The notes under the pieces are model-generated. The model made no database searches, was not told where the DNA came from, and saw nothing but the letters and a program-made list of their open reading frames with translations. From Hyphochytrium catenoides (taxonomy: Eukaryota > Protista > Hyphochytriomycota), in NCBI GenBank assembly GCA_900088475.1, contig FLMG01004137.1:114337-178336 (forward strand): a stretch of 64,000 bases of DNA, given 5' to 3'. The position numbers and the translations under genes are program-made. Shown here piece by piece: positions 61,883 through 64,000 of this stretch (positions within the stretch are counted from its first letter, which is position 1; each line of letters opens with the position of its first letter).

Positions 61883-63373
61883 TAGACGGTGAGTCTTTTA
61901 CTCCAGAGTATTATAGAGGGACATGTCGATCACGCTATTTTTATCCTTTACTTAGTTCTTCCTTTATTCCTCGTAGTTCTACTCGTACCTTCCTTACCTT
62001 TCCCAGGATCTTATGCCAAGTATGAGCCCTCAGCTTGTTCCTCAATGTAACGAAGTGCCTGAGAAAGCTTGTTGGAAGATAATACTAGAACCTTGGTATG
62101 GGATTGCTATTGCTAACCAGCGCTGTTGGGTTCCGTCTGTAAAGCTAGAACCATGAAAGAGTAGTGAAAGCAGCCGTCGAGGGGAATCCGCTACATTTAT
62201 TGTGGCTCCTTGTGGCCCTCAGACAGCCAAATATTGTCCTCAAAGTAGTGATCCATCCCGTCTATTGCCTGGCTGTTCCTTACTCACCTCCGAAGTCTTT
62301 TCTGAGCCTGTCTCACGCAGTCATACCAACTGCAGCAGTGTGATGACCAGCCGAAAGGCCGTCTGACTGGATATCTACTGTCCGTCCCCTGGTAGAACAG
62401 CCGCACCCAAAGATTGATGCCCCTCCTCTAGAGGGCCTTATCCCAAATAATAAATATAGATATTCGGTATTACAGGTGAGTCAAGATTAAGTCAGTGTTT
62501 ACAGCAGCAATTAGGTCGGGGTAGGAGACAATATCGGGGATATCGCTGCCGTAGACTTAGGATGGTTATAACCCCTGTCCTTTGTCTGGCTTTCACTTCC
62601 CTCTCATTCTGCCCTCTCTTTCTCCTTTCTTACCTTTCGCTTTTATAATCTTGATCACTGGAGCTCAGCAGAAGAACAACATGCAGACCTGCCGCCAGGC
62701 TCTATCGGCTGAAGACTCACTCGGTGCCATAGGAACAGTAGTACTACCTGCGCAACTGGCTCTCTCTGAAGTGTATGTCACCCTCTCTCTCCCCTTACAT
62801 GTACTTGTAGCTTCACTCTTGTTCGTTACATATCTTTTAATGCATGTGGTGGTATCAAAGGCATGTCCACCTCTTCCAAAGCAACATGCTTTATAATACG
62901 ATGTGTCTTGTCCAGCAAGATCTCTTCCTCCCACTTCCCTGGAAAATTTTGTGGCCAAACCTGTCATGATGACAAACGGATTCCTGTGTGTCAAGCATCA
63001 TCCTGTTCAGCCAGTTCAGTGAACTCACCGTAGCACCATTCAGATTGGCTACCTTCTGTAAGCAAAGAAGCTCAAAAGAGAGCCAGGAGGAGCCTTTCGT
63101 TGCTGCATTCTGGTTGATATAAAGCTGGAAAAGCAACAATGATGTTGGTGAAATAGTAGCAGTCTTTGTTGGCAGACGATACACCCTCACCCTTTCCTCT
63201 ATCTCTTAAGACGAATGAAGACCCATCCCCCCGCTCTTCTAGACTTCCTCTCATTCTCAAATTGCCTGAAAAGGAGAAGGAGCACGATCGAGAAGAGGTA
63301 GTACGAGACAGCGGAGCTGCAGCGTAGCTCCATCTCCATATCCTCATAGCTCATAGGGGTTTATCTCACAATC

Positions 63374-64000
63374 ATGCGCATACCTCAGTACTACCTGCTG
63401 GCCCTCTGCCTGGCGGTCCTGACCGTCTCCTTTCCTTCCACAGTATGTGGTACAAAGGGTGCCCGCCCAACTAAGGTCCGCGGGGTGAATGTTGGAGGAT
63501 GGCTGGTGCTAGAGTACTTCATCACGCCCTCCATGTGGGCCAATGCGCCTGAAAAGCTTGAAAAGCACGATGAATACTCCTTAGCTAAAGCACTGGGACC
63601 CGAAAGAGGGTCGGCTTACATGAAGAAGCACTATTCCACCTTCATCACTGAGGCGGACTTTCAGGTAATGTCGAAGCTGGGTATCAATGTCGTGAGAGTG
63701 CCCATTGGACATTGGGCAGTCATGAAGGACCCTCCTTTCATCTCAGAGTCCTTGCCTTACCTGGACAAGGCCTTCGAATGGGCCGACAAGTATAACATGT
63801 GGATTCTTGTTGACCTCCACACTGCCCCAGGCAGTCAGAACCCTTGGGACCACTCCGGACGAGTGAATCACTACTTATGGCCCAACACCACCGAGTATAG
63901 AGACCAGACAGTCTCCGTTGTCGGTCAGTTGGCGGCAAGATATTCTAAGAAGAGCAATCTGTATGGCATTGGTATCCTGAACGAACCGTTTGAGGTTCCT
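63374..64000 (+). CDS. Secreted GH5 exo-1,3-beta-glucanase (EXG1-like), partial, runs off the right edge
   Basis: Signal peptide MRIPQYYLLALCLAVLTVSFPSTVCG. Motifs VRGVNVGGWLVLEYFITPS, GINVVRVPIGHW, VDLHTAPGSQNPWDHSG, ILNEP (acid/base Glu). No intron in the visible part. Confidence 0.92.
   Translation, partial: MRIPQYYLLALCLAVLTVSFPSTVCGTKGARPTKVRGVNVGGWLVLEYFITPSMWANAPEKLEKHDEYSLAKALGPERGSAYMKKHYSTFITEADFQVMSKLGINVVRVPIGHWAVMKDPPFISESLPYLDKAFEWADKYNMWILVDLHTAPGSQNPWDHSGRVNHYLWPNTTEYRDQTVSVVGQLAARYSKKSNLYGIGILNEPFEVP

Overview
Gene-dense eukaryotic nuclear DNA with many short GT-AG introns, often with CTAAC/CTGAC branch points, and two small N gaps. Protein features suggest a stramenopile-like protist (inference only). 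I reconstructed 23 protein-coding genes by hand splicing. They include CCDC17-like (partial), ankyrin+FN3, ARM+BTB, meiotic HOP1/ASY1, PSMD9, RIO1, bacterial-type RsmJ, PX+RING-H2, a triple SH3b-like repeat protein, MCTS1, CNOT11, PCBD, an Egt2/LCD-like PLP lyase, NTMT1, a PSAT/LCAT acyltransferase, an intronless secreted S41 peptidase, an F-box-like protein, FANCF-like, a large CHD remodeller and a secreted GH5 exo-1,3-beta-glucanase (partial), plus three hypothetical proteins. The most unusual item is the CHD7-type remodeller that appears to carry PDZ, AP2 and QLQ domains ahead of its chromodomains and PHD/ePHD fingers at the C-terminus. Other highlights are HOP1 with two tandem winged-helix units, a ~510-bp MITE-like element in a palindromic site, a long foldback hairpin inside a TpA-rich non-coding island, and near-strict strand alternation with very short tail-to-tail gaps. 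All exon joins and family calls come from reading the sequence by eye, without database searches.
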